Positions 45,101 through 52,978 of a DNA stretch of 64,000 nt are shown here, piece after piece; positions within the stretch are counted from its first letter, which is position 1; the number at the start of each line of letters is the position of its first letter. The notes under the pieces were generated by a model, which ran no database searches, was not told the DNA's origin, and saw nothing but the letters and a program-made list of their open reading frames with translations. Origin of the DNA: an uncultured Terriglobales bacterium (GTDB taxonomy: Bacteria > Acidobacteriota > Terriglobia > Terriglobales > Acidobacteriaceae); contig CAYWSH010000002.1 of the NCBI GenBank assembly GCA_964460655.1, positions 1,377 to 65,376 of the forward strand, given 5' to 3'. The position numbers and the translations under genes are program-made.

Positions 45101-48100
45101 CGATCATGTTGTAGAACTTCGCCGGCCCTTGCGACGGGTCCATGGAAGCGAAATCGACCGCGCTGCAGCGATTGTCGTGGATATAGCCGTCGTGGAAGGC
45201 CCAATCGACATCGGCGCCGTGGCTCTGGCCGTTGCCTTGAATGCCGTGGCAGCCCCAGTTGTTGCCGCCGATCTCGAACCACCCCATGTCGATACCGCGG
45301 TTATCGCCGTTCGACCAATACACCTGGTGGAAGAACTTCACCGTCGATTCGCGCGAGATCCCGGAATCGTGGATCCTGATGCCGTACACCTTGATGCCGT
45401 TGATGGTCGTACCATCGAGCGTGGCAGCTTCAAAATCACCACCCGGCGCGGACATGTCGACGTTAACGATGCGGCCGCCCGCTCCCGACCAATCCATCGC
45501 CGCCTGCGTGCCGCGTGCGTTCAGGTTCGCGAACGTCCAGTAGTCCGATCCGCCCTTACTCTTGATGCCATTTATATACAGCTGCTTGACCTGGATGTTG
45601 CCCGACGCTTCGGCCGCAAGGTTCGCTCCGGGATCGGTCAAGGTGAAGCGGTTCAAGGCGCAATGATCGGCATCGATGCACGTCGGGGTGACGCTGGCGA
45701 TCTGCAAGATGCGGTTGTAGTTCGTGGTGCTGGTGATCTGGACCCAGGTGCCGACTTTCACGCCGCGCAATGCTCCGCCGAAGTTCGTCGGCGTGGTGGC
45801 CACTTGCACCGCCGTAACGTTGTTGGAGCGCTGGATCGATAGGATCGGCTGACCGGGAGGGTTCTCCAGGTAGCAGCCGGTGGTGGCAGTCGGCTGTCCG
45901 CCAGACGTGTCGCCGATGGTCGGCATCTCGCCCGGGTAACCCACCAAGGCCTTAGGACTGCCCGGCGAACCCGAGCCGCCGGCGAACGAGCCGATCACCA
46001 AGGTCGCGCAGAAACCAGCGTTCTGCGTGGTGTCGGAACCATTCGTCGTGACGTTGCCGCGGATGTAAACGGTGTCGCCGGCCGCGATGTTGTCGCGCGC
46101 AAAGATGACCGTCTTCCAGCATCCGGCAGAGAACGTGCCGTGGCTAGCGGTATCCAGGCCGCTCGCCGAGACGCAATCGATGTTTCCGCTGCGCACCGTG
46201 AACTGCGGGCCGTTGCTGCTACTGACGCCGCCCACCGTGACCTTGACCTCACCCGAAGCGACCGCAGCCCCCAACTCGACGACGATTACGTCCATCTTGT
46301 CGGGCGAAGCAGGGCCGAGTTGCGCGTTAGAGCATGCCTGGCACCAGGAGACGTAGTTCACCACCTGGCCGCCGCCGATGGTCACGGTTGAAGTGCCGCG
46401 CGTCGCGCCAAAGTTGCGGCCAAAGATGGTCACGTAGACGCCGTTGTTGTGCTCGCCACCAGTCTTCGGGCCCGAATCCAGGTCGGTGAAGAACACGACC
46501 GGAGGCAGCGTCGTAACGCTTGCGCCGGCAATACGCAGGGGCGCGGGCGAGATGGTGATTGGCAGGGTCACCGACTGCGTCTGCACGGGCGTGCTGTTGT
46601 CGGCGACACGCAGACCCACGGTGAAAGTCCCGCTCGCCGTGGGCGTGCCCGAGATGGTGCCGTTGCTGGCCAGCGACAGGCCGCCGGGCAGCGCGCCGGA
46701 AAGGACCGTCCACGTCCGGGGCGTCGTCCCACCCGAAGAACTCAACACGAAGTTGTAAGCGACACCGATGGCGCCCGACGGCAAGGCGTTCGTAGCGATG
46801 GTCAAGCCCGACGCGATGACGGTGATGTTCAGGTTGGCCGTAGCGAACTGCTGCGTGGTAGCGCTGTCGGCGACGCGCACCGTGAAACTGCTGGTCCCTC
46901 CGGTTGACGGTGTGCCGCTGATGGCGCCACTGGTCGACATGCTCAGGCCCGCCGGAAGCGCGCCGCCCGAGATCGTGAACGTATAGGGGACGGTTCCGCC
47001 GGCCGCCGCCACGGTCGCGCTGTACGGCGAGCCGACGCTGCCCGGGCCGAGGTTGATGGTGGTGATGGTGACGGCCGCGGGTGCGATCGTGATGTTAAGC
47101 GTGGTGACCGTCTGCTGTGCTGCAGCGTCGGTCACGCGGATGCCGACGCTCGTTGCCCCCGGCACAGTCGGCACACCGGTCACGCTGCCGTTCGTCGCCA
47201 ACGCCAGGCCGTTCGGCAGGGAGCCCGCTGCGATCGTCCAGGTGTAAGGAGCGGTCCCACCGGAAGCTGCCACTACGGTCGTGTAGGCCGCGCCTACCTG
47301 TCCGGCCGGCAGCGAAATGGTAGTGATGACGAGCGGCGCCGGCACGATCACGATACTCAGGTTGACGCTCGCTGAGCCTGCGCTCCCGTCCGTCACGCGC
47401 GCCGTGATGTTCGCTGTGCCGGCCGCGGTCGGTGTACCTGTGATGTCGCCCGTGCTGGTGTTGAGCGTGAGGCCGGCGGGCAGCGTACCGGAGGTAAGCG
47501 CCCACGTATAAGGCGCAGTTCCGCCCGAAGCGAGCAGCGTGGTTGCGTAGGCAGTGCCCACCGTACCGCCAGGCAGAGCGACGCTCGTCACAAAGACAGG
47601 CTGCGCCGCAGCGGTGATCGTGATACTGAACGCGCGCGTCGTGGTCTGCGCAGTAGGCGTACCTTGGTCGGTCACGCGCAACGTGAAGTTGCTCGTGCCG
47701 GCGACACTGGGCGTGCCGGAGATGCTTCCGCTGGCAGCCAGGTTGAGGCCGGTGGGCAAGGTGCCGCTGGCGATCGTCCAGGTGTAACTGCCGGTCCCAC
47801 CCGTTGCTGCCAGAGCCGCCAGATAGTTAGATCCAGAGCCGCCGCCCGGTAACGTCGTCGTCGTGATGGTCAGCGGCGCCGGAGCGATGGTGATGGAGAG
47901 TGAAGCGGTGAGCGCCGTCAGGTTCGCAGCATCACGCACCTGTGCGACAAACGACGACGTGCCAGGTGTCGTCGGCGTGCCCGAAAGCGTGCCCGTGGGC
48001 GATAGTGAGACGCCCGCCGGCAATGCGCCGGTCGAGACGGTCCAAGTGTACGGAGTCGTGCCTCCGCTGGCAGCGAGCGAAGCGCTATACGCTGTGCCCG

Positions 48101-50390
48101 CCGTTCCGCCGGCCAGTGACGTCGTAGTGGCGACGAGCGGAGCGGGCGTGATGCTGATGGCGAGCGTGACGGTGCGCTGTTGGGTCGAAGCGTCCTGTAC
48201 CTGGAACGTCGCGGTCGCGGTTCCGGCGGCGGTCGGCGTTCCTGAGAGACCACCTGTTGCGGCATTCAGTACCACGCCTGCGGGCAGGGTGCCGGCGATC
48301 ACCGACCAGCTGAACGGTGCTGAGCCCCCCGTTGCCGCCAGCGTCGCACTGTAGGACGTTCCGACCGTGCCTCCGAGAAGGGAAGACGTTGTGATGTTGA
48401 GCGCCGCCGGAGCGATCGTGATAGTGAGCGAACCCGTCGCGGTCTGGCTGGCGCTGTCGCTCACGCGCACGGTAAACGCTGATGTCCCGATTGTCGTCGG
48501 CGTTCCGCCGATCCCGCCGGTGACGGCGTTGAGCGCCAAGCCTGCTGGCAGGTTGCCCGAAGTGAGCGCCCAATTGTAGGGCGGCGTTCCACCCGCGGCG
48601 ACCAGCTGAGTGCTGTAGACCACGCCTACGGCGCCACCGGCGAGCGAGGTGGTGCTAACGATCAGGCCGGGCGCTGATACTGCGATGGTGAGCGTGACGC
48701 GCTGCGATTGGGCGCCTCCGTCTGCCACCTGCACGACGACAGTGAAGTTACCTGCCGCTGTCGGTGTGCCTGTGAGAGCGCCGGTCGTTGCATTCAGGCT
48801 GATGCCCGGCGGCAACGCACCGGTGAGGATGCTCCAGGCGTAAGGCTGCGTGCCGCCGTTGGCCGTCAGGCTTCCGCTATAAGCGGATCCGACCGCGCCA
48901 TTGGGCAGTGAAGCAGTCTGGATCACCAGCGGCGCTGCTGCCACACTGATGCTGAGCGACGACGATGTCCTGGTTTGCGCATTCGAGTCCACCACTCTGA
49001 CGGTGAACGTGAAAGTACCGGGCGACGAGGGAGCGCCGGTGATGGCGCCGGTGGCGGCGCCGAGCGTCAGGCCTGGCGGCAACGCGCCACTCGCCACGTT
49101 CCAGGTGTAGGGCAACGTCCCGCCGGTGGCGTTCATGACGGCGGTATACGGCACGCCGACGCCTCCGCCCGGGAGCACGGGTGGCTGCAAGACCAATGCC
49201 TGCGCGCCGATCGTGATGCTGTAGGTGACGGTGCGCAGTTGCAGCCCGGCATCGTGCACCTGCACCGTGACGGAAGACGTGCCGGCAGTAGTAGGAACGC
49301 CGCTGATGGTGCCGTCCGCCGCGAGGCTCAGACCATTCGGCAGTGATCCGCCTACGACGCTCCACGTCAGCGGGGCCAGCCCGCCTTGCGCGATCAACTG
49401 GGTGCTGTACTGAGTGCCCACGCTGCCCGACGGCAACGGATTAGTCGTGGTAACGGTCAACGGACCGGAGCCGATGCTGATGGTGAGCGAGACCGTCTGC
49501 GAAGCGCTCGCGCTATCGGTGACGCGCGCGAGGAACGATGAGCTTCCCGTCTGTGACGGTGTTCCCACGATGTCGCCCGTCGCGTTCAGGACCAGGCCGG
49601 CGGGCAGGCTTCCCGAGCTGAGTGACCAGTTGTAGGGAGTCGTGCCTCCTGTGGCGGTCAGCGTGGCGGTGTAGCCGAGTTGCACGGTGCCGTTCGGCAC
49701 CTGAGTGGTTGTGATGGCGAGGGGATGGGTGCCCGCGCCCGAACTTTGCGCGATGTTCATCGTGATGCTGGGCGATTGCGCGGTGACGTTGTTGGCGTCG
49801 CGCACTTCGATCACGAAGGTGTAGTTGCCGGGCGTCGTCGGATTCCCGCTGATGGCCCCCGTCGTCGAGTCCAGGAACAGACCCGGCGGCAGCGCGCCGG
49901 AAGCGACGCGGAAGAAGAATGGGGCGGTGCCGCCCGTGACGGAGATCCCCGCCGAATACGTTGAACCTTGCGTCCCTGCAGGCACGCTGGAAGTGGAGAT
50001 CGTGGGCGATGCGCTCTGGCTCACCGTGAGCGCCATGCTGTTCGAAACAGCTCCAGTGCTTACTTCTCTGACCGTGATCGTTCCAGTGCCCGTGGCCGCA
50101 ATATCGCTGCCGAGGATCGTCCCCTTGATCTGCGACGAATTGACGAACGTCGTGCTGCGCGCCGCGCCGTTGTAACGGACTTCAGACTGCGTGGTAAACC
50201 CGGTGCCGTTTACGGTCAGGAGGAAAGTTTGGCCGCCAGCGGCCACGGTCGATGGGCTCAGGCTGGTAACTGTCGGCGGGCTGGAGGTCAGGGCGCTCTT
50301 CGTTGCTGTGCTCGTGCTGCCGCCATTTCCACAGCCTGTGACAAAGGACACGAGGGGCAATACGAACGCCAGAATGAGTAGCTTGCGCAT
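42135..50390 (-). CDS. Giant (2751 aa) mosaic surface lipoprotein: IPT, 13 Ig-like repeats, IPT + beta-helix module, 4 Ig-like repeats, unassigned C-terminal domain
   Basis: Single uninterrupted ORF with lipobox LVSFVTG|C (Cys20). The domain order was read directly from the translation. See the repeat features and findings for module boundaries. Confidence 0.85.
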   Translation of the reverse strand: MRKLLILAFVLPLVSFVTGCGNGGSTSTATKSALTSSPPTVTSLSPSTVAAGGQTFLLTVNGTGFTTQSEVRYNGAARSTTFVNSSQIKGTILGSDIAATGTGTITVREVSTGAVSNSMALTVSQSASPTISTSSVPAGTQGSTYSAGISVTGGTAPFFFRVASGALPPGLFLDSTTGAISGNPTTPGNYTFVIEVRDANNVTAQSPSITMNIAQSSGAGTHPLAITTTQVPNGTVQLGYTATLTATGGTTPYNWSLSSGSLPAGLVLNATGDIVGTPSQTGSSSFLARVTDSASASQTVSLTISIGSGPLTVTTTNPLPSGSVGTQYSTQLIAQGGLAPLTWSVVGGSLPNGLSLAADGTISGVPTTAGTSSVTVQVHDAGLQLRTVTYSITIGAQALVLQPPVLPGGGVGVPYTAVMNATGGTLPYTWNVASGALPPGLTLGAATGAITGAPSSPGTFTFTVRVVDSNAQTRTSSSLSISVAAAPLVIQTASLPNGAVGSAYSGSLTANGGTQPYAWSILTGALPPGISLNATTGALTGTPTAAGNFTVVVQVADGGAQSQRVTLTIAVSAPGLIVSTTSLAGGAVGVVYSTQLVAAGGTPPYNWALTSGNLPAGLALNAVTGGIGGTPTTIGTSAFTVRVSDSASQTATGSLTITIAPAALNITTSSLLGGTVGTSYSATLAATGGSAPFSWSVIAGTLPAGVVLNAATGGLSGTPTAAGTATATFQVQDASTQQRTVTLAISITPAPLVATTTSLAGGTAGTAYSASLAASGGTTPYTWTVSTGALPAGVSLSPTGTLSGTPTTPGTSSFVAQVRDAANLTALTASLSITIAPAPLTITTTTLPGGGSGSNYLAALAATGGTGSYTWTIASGTLPTGLNLAASGSISGTPSVAGTSNFTLRVTDQGTPTAQTTTRAFSITITAAAQPVFVTSVALPGGTVGTAYATTLLASGGTAPYTWALTSGTLPAGLTLNTSTGDITGTPTAAGTANITARVTDGSAGSASVNLSIVIVPAPLVITTISLPAGQVGAAYTTVVAASGGTAPYTWTIAAGSLPNGLALATNGSVTGVPTVPGATSVGIRVTDAAAQQTVTTLNITIAPAAVTITTINLGPGSVGSPYSATVAAAGGTVPYTFTISGGALPAGLSMSTSGAISGTPSTGGTSSFTVRVADSATTQQFATANLNITVIASGLTIATNALPSGAIGVAYNFVLSSSGGTTPRTWTVLSGALPGGLSLASNGTISGTPTASGTFTVGLRVADNSTPVQTQSVTLPITISPAPLRIAGASVTTLPPVVFFTDLDSGPKTGGEHNNGVYVTIFGRNFGATRGTSTVTIGGGQVVNYVSWCQACSNAQLGPASPDKMDVIVVELGAAVASGEVKVTVGGVSSSNGPQFTVRSGNIDCVSASGLDTASHGTFSAGCWKTVIFARDNIAAGDTVYIRGNVTTNGSDTTQNAGFCATLVIGSFAGGSGSPGSPKALVGYPGEMPTIGDTSGGQPTATTGCYLENPPGQPILSIQRSNNVTAVQVATTPTNFGGALRGVKVGTWVQITSTTNYNRILQIASVTPTCIDADHCALNRFTLTDPGANLAAEASGNIQVKQLYINGIKSKGGSDYWTFANLNARGTQAAMDWSGAGGRIVNVDMSAPGGDFEAATLDGTTINGIKVYGIRIHDSGISRESTVKFFHQVYWSNGDNRGIDMGWFEIGGNNWGCHGIQGNGQSHGADVDWAFHDGYIHDNRCSAVDFASMDPSQGPAKFYNMIVQRAGMGPTPVDGGGVYACIEANNIAAATTPGASGAIQTFNNTLIDCGRETLGGSNSRGAIDNGNARPAISIDVRDTVIVNTSGEKYVDGLGVVTGSFSNCTGGTNGVTGACPLTWTSTISLDPQLQDNTGYSDLHLTSSTPAAIVTSGFNAAVSFDHDGLPRPQGTTNSMGAYELIPSGATSTTATLPNTSIGSTYSVTLAANGGTAPFTWSLLSGSLPPGITLSTSGVLSGIPSIAGTYSFALRVVDATGQAQQSGVLSIQVLPPTLAIATSFLPNAQLNALYSTTLTATGGTSPYTWTALTALPGGLSLGANNGVLSGTPNVTGFFTLQFKVTDAVGASVTSTLGLSVQSSLLRITTTSLPTGIVGANYATSLVAAGGAPPYTWTIVLGALPPGLSLNGTTGAITGVPTTTGGFNFTVQARDSAAQAQQSTVLAIPITVSVASPPPLLTINTTSLPGATTGAAYNASLSASGGTPPYTWSIGAGSLPPGVNLSSGGILTGTPTASGIFTANYQVNDGSPTTPQAATRTMTISVGPQPSSTPSQFQSLIVCQRNGATDNCTTLNSPPDLNPPLFDGTAATIYTDPVFSTRIRRISIPQTLIGQVGVGLVPAHSSVQAWNADGSKLMLSAATGTIHIFSGTAYTLFRSVANNNGSTANPGVSYDSESAFKWDNGDPDVIWYTSGCKLLQYHVGTDRSTLVKDFCPLTIDGIAMTNNKLRMGDNCDFSSNNNRVAFRIVAPGAGNIIGVAAYDIGTDSILGAMNFQQGGDTQVPGSPQGGVPAAVCMSPSGNNIVIDWNLSLAQSPTFHGYQVFNNNFTGKRQAGNGDHSGTLDVGFLGDGSEAFVAQINQAVPDDDRTLNAVRFNDLSMVNSVRPNGSFNGGAMSASMRCQQLRGWAIMSSFTSPPNGSNPDPSAAQPMQDEIFAAKLDGSNEFRRIAHHQSIVTDSFAEPHATPNRDCTKIVFGSTWRTSAGANPDSHFAYVIELP
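43497..44558 (-). repeat. 4 further tandem Ig-like (He_PIG-type) coding repeats
   Basis: The same motif occurs four times between aa ~1945 and ~2298 (SGSLPPGITL.., TALPGGLSL.., LGALPPGLSL.., AGSLPPGVNL..). Confidence 0.8.
46536..50006 (-). repeat. 13 tandem coding repeats (~85-90 aa each) of He_PIG/dystroglycan-cadherin-like 'putative Ig' type
   Basis: Each unit carries G-x-LP-x-G-[LVI]-x-[LM]-(4-6)-G-x-[ILV]-[STG]-G-x-P-(3)-G and ..Y...L.A.GG..P[YF].[WF]. I counted 13 occurrences between aa ~129 and ~1285. The copies are diverged at the DNA level. Confidence 0.8.
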
Positions 50391-50540
50391 CAGCCTGCCT
50401 ATTGTGGGTCTGGGCGGCTACTTTAGCTCAGTTCTGGGTTAGGGACTATTGACTAGTTGATAAAACAGCCCTCCCTAGGTATGTGAACCCTGGTCACCTA
50501 AGTAACTTACTTGATTCGTCGCCTTTTCGCCGGGGAAGAG

Positions 50541-51242
50541 TTACGGTTGAGGTGGGGTAAGTGACCCGGATTCGCCAGAACCGTCGCACATGGGCAATCT
50601 GGGTTGACCCCCGGGCTGAGGGATGGGGGACGTGCCCTGCGTGAGAAAGCGCCAGCGTTCGATGGCGGTCCACCACACGAGCTTTTCCCACTCCTGGTAG
50701 GTGGTCTTCATCCAGCGTCGCTGACGCCACCAGGCAGTGCCGAATTCGCGCGGATCTTCGATTCCCACAACCGACCATTGGTACTGGGGCAGCACCTTGG
50801 AGAAGATGTCGCGAGCACGCCGCGAATGGTATGCCGAGGTCACGATCACCACCGACCGCGCGTTCATTTGCTGGAGGCACCCACCGACGTGTTGTGACTC
50901 CACGAATGTGGAATCACCGGTGTAGCGACAGACCCCAGTGCGGCTTTCGATGTCGGGAGTCGCCTGATGTACATATTCGTCCGCTAGCTGTGCGGGGGTG
51001 CGGCCGTAATAGACCTCATCTGCGCTTGCGCTCAGCAGCAGGCAGCGGCCAAAGCCTTTGCGCACGTAATCAACGGCCGTCCAGTAGCGCAGGTCGCGGG
51101 CATCGCCGGAGAGGACGAGAACAACATCTGACTTGCGCGGATCGCTGACGACAAGGAACCGGCCTGCCCAGCGCAAACCTACCGCCGCAAGCAGCAACGC
51201 GGCGACGACGATGGCGAGAATGCGAGTTCGTTTCGTGCGCAA
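50541..51242 (-). CDS. YdcF/ElyC (DUF218) family protein
   Basis: N-terminal TM anchor. DVVLVLSGD, VIVTSAYHSRRA motifs. Confidence 0.75.
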   Translation of the reverse strand: MRTKRTRILAIVVAALLLAAVGLRWAGRFLVVSDPRKSDVVLVLSGDARDLRYWTAVDYVRKGFGRCLLLSASADEVYYGRTPAQLADEYVHQATPDIESRTGVCRYTGDSTFVESQHVGGCLQQMNARSVVIVTSAYHSRRARDIFSKVLPQYQWSVVGIEDPREFGTAWWRQRRWMKTTYQEWEKLVWWTAIERWRFLTQGTSPIPQPGGQPRLPMCDGSGESGSLTPPQP

Positions 51243-51288
51243 GCGGGCTCATCTTAACCCGCGAGCCCGCTTGTTGCCGAGTATGAGA

Positions 51289-51805
51289 TCACAAAGGCGG
51301 TTCATACGCACCGAGTGAAGTGCCCGTACCCGGGCGGCTTTTGCCATCCAGATCAGTCGTTGCCCCCGTCGCGTGTCCGCTCGACTTCGCTGCCGCAGGG
51401 CTGGCACTCGTGAAATGAAGGTCGCCGAAACGGGCATTGTCAACGAAGACCGGATCGAGGCTGAGGGAGCTGCTCCAGCCCGCCGGGCACGCGCCGTTGC
51501 CGTAGCAATCGGTAAAGCTCATCGAGACGGGGCCGTAGGGGTTATCGAGGTAGGGCTGGCCCGCGGGTTGGACCGCGAGGTTGTTGTAGCCCACGACATG
51601 CACCGCGCTGTAGGCGCCATCATTGACGACGATGCCCCGTGTGCCGCCATAGCCGATGTTGAACGCACCACTGTCCTGGAACGTGTTGTTGTACAACTCG
51701 ACCGTACCCGAAGGGCTGCCGGAGGCAACGGTGGTTCCATTGCTTGCGCACGCAGGCATATTCGCCCCCGCCATCGATCGGCGACGGACCCTTGCCTGGT
51801 TCCAA
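51289..51805 (-). pseudogene. 5'-truncated, frameshifted remnant of a beta-helix paralogue (C-terminal ~170 codons only)
   Basis: Frame of ORF 51620..51805 reads GKGPSPIDGGGEYAC (compare GIGPSPIDGGGSYSC in 39480..41519). Homology then continues in the frame of ORF 51289..51864 (YNNTFQD.GA, GTRGI, QPAGQPYL, DLHFTSASP, DLDGKSRP, GAYE). The frame switch is near 51745..51755. No homology is seen upstream of about 51800. Confidence 0.7.
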
Positions 51806-52030
51806 GTTTTCTCATGATGGGTTAGCTTTGGGCGAGGTGGCGTTGTCCGGGAGCTTGGGATCACGTGCCGGTTACGACCAGATTGGGGCGCGCAGCACGC
51901 GCGGCGAATCCGGCAAAAGGCGCACTGGGCGCAGCTTTTCCTCCTAGCGCGTGCGAATTTGGGGCTAGTCGAAAGTAACCGTGGTCATACGGCCCATGCG
52001 CCGGGAATAGAATCCGAGGGCGGGGAGAAC

Positions 52031-52972
52031 ATGAAGATCCTGATCACCGGTGGTGCCGGCTTTATCGCTTCGCATGTGGCCGAGGGTTTTCTCGCCGCGG
52101 GACACGATGTTGCCATCGTCGACGACCTCTCGACCGGTAAGCGGGAGAACGTCCCTGCGAAAGCCCGGTTCTATCAGCAGGACATCTGCGATACGGCGAA
52201 GCTGGACGAGATCATCGCCACCGAGCGCCCCGAGATCATCGATCATCACGCGGCCCAGATGGACGTGCGGCGCTCGGTCCGCGAGCCGCTGTTCGATGCG
52301 CGCGTCAATATCGTCGCCGCGCTTGCCCTGCTCGAGCTCGCCGTCAAGCACCAGGTCCGCAAGATCGTGTACGCCTCCACCGGCGGCGCCAGCTATGGCG
52401 ACGTGGACCGCGTCCCGGTTGACGAGAACTATCCCGCCAATCCCATCTGCCATTACGGCGTCAGCAAGCTCACGCTGGAAAAGTATTTGTTCCTGTATCG
52501 CTATCTGTACAAGCTCGATTACACCGTGCTGCGTTATCCCAATGTTTACGGGCCGCGGCAGAATCCGCACGGTGAGGCGGGCGTGACGGCGATCTTTGCG
52601 CTGCTGATGCTGAGCGGCCAACAGCCTACGATCTTCGGTGACGGCTCGAAGACACGCGATTACGTCTACGTCGCCGACATCGTGAAGGCCAATCTGGCGG
52701 CGCTCGACCGCGCCGGCGGCGAAGCCATCAATCTTGGCTGGGGCAAGCCGGTCTCTGACTTCCAAGTATTCGACGCGGTCCGTACCGCGACCGGCTATCA
52801 GGGTGAACCCAGGTACGCACCCGTACGCCCGGGCGAGGTCGAGCACATTGCACTCGACGCCACCAAGGCGAAGCGCCTGCTCGATTGGCAACCGGAGACG
52901 CCGTTCGCCGCCGGCATCGGCAAGACGGTCGCGCATATCCGCGCCGCGCAAGCCAAGCCCGCTACGGTGTGA
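52031..52972 (+). CDS. NAD-dependent sugar epimerase (GalE-like extended SDR)
   Basis: ORF 51959..52972 trimmed to MKILITGGAGFIASH (GGGGAGAAC before the ATG). Catalytic YGVSK. Also GDGSKTRDYVYV. Confidence 0.85.
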   Translation: MKILITGGAGFIASHVAEGFLAAGHDVAIVDDLSTGKRENVPAKARFYQQDICDTAKLDEIIATERPEIIDHHAAQMDVRRSVREPLFDARVNIVAALALLELAVKHQVRKIVYASTGGASYGDVDRVPVDENYPANPICHYGVSKLTLEKYLFLYRYLYKLDYTVLRYPNVYGPRQNPHGEAGVTAIFALLMLSGQQPTIFGDGSKTRDYVYVADIVKANLAALDRAGGEAINLGWGKPVSDFQVFDAVRTATGYQGEPRYAPVRPGEVEHIALDATKAKRLLDWQPETPFAAGIGKTVAHIRAAQAKPATV

Positions 52973-52978
52973 ACCGCC

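Noticed and set aside
42135-50390. Whether the periodic repeats of the giant gene could be a CRISPR array or a non-coding satellite.
   Set aside because: The repeats are ~260 bp, diverged and lie in one uninterrupted reading frame with a conserved protein motif. There are no short identical direct repeats with unique spacers, and no cas genes.
50391-50540. The 150-bp AT-richer region upstream of the giant gene, searched for sigma-54 or dyad elements and for TTGACT..-type promoters.
   Set aside because: No TGGC-N8-TGCA or TGCA-N6-TGCA is present. The TTGACTAGTTGA string has no properly spaced -10. The promoter remains unassigned.
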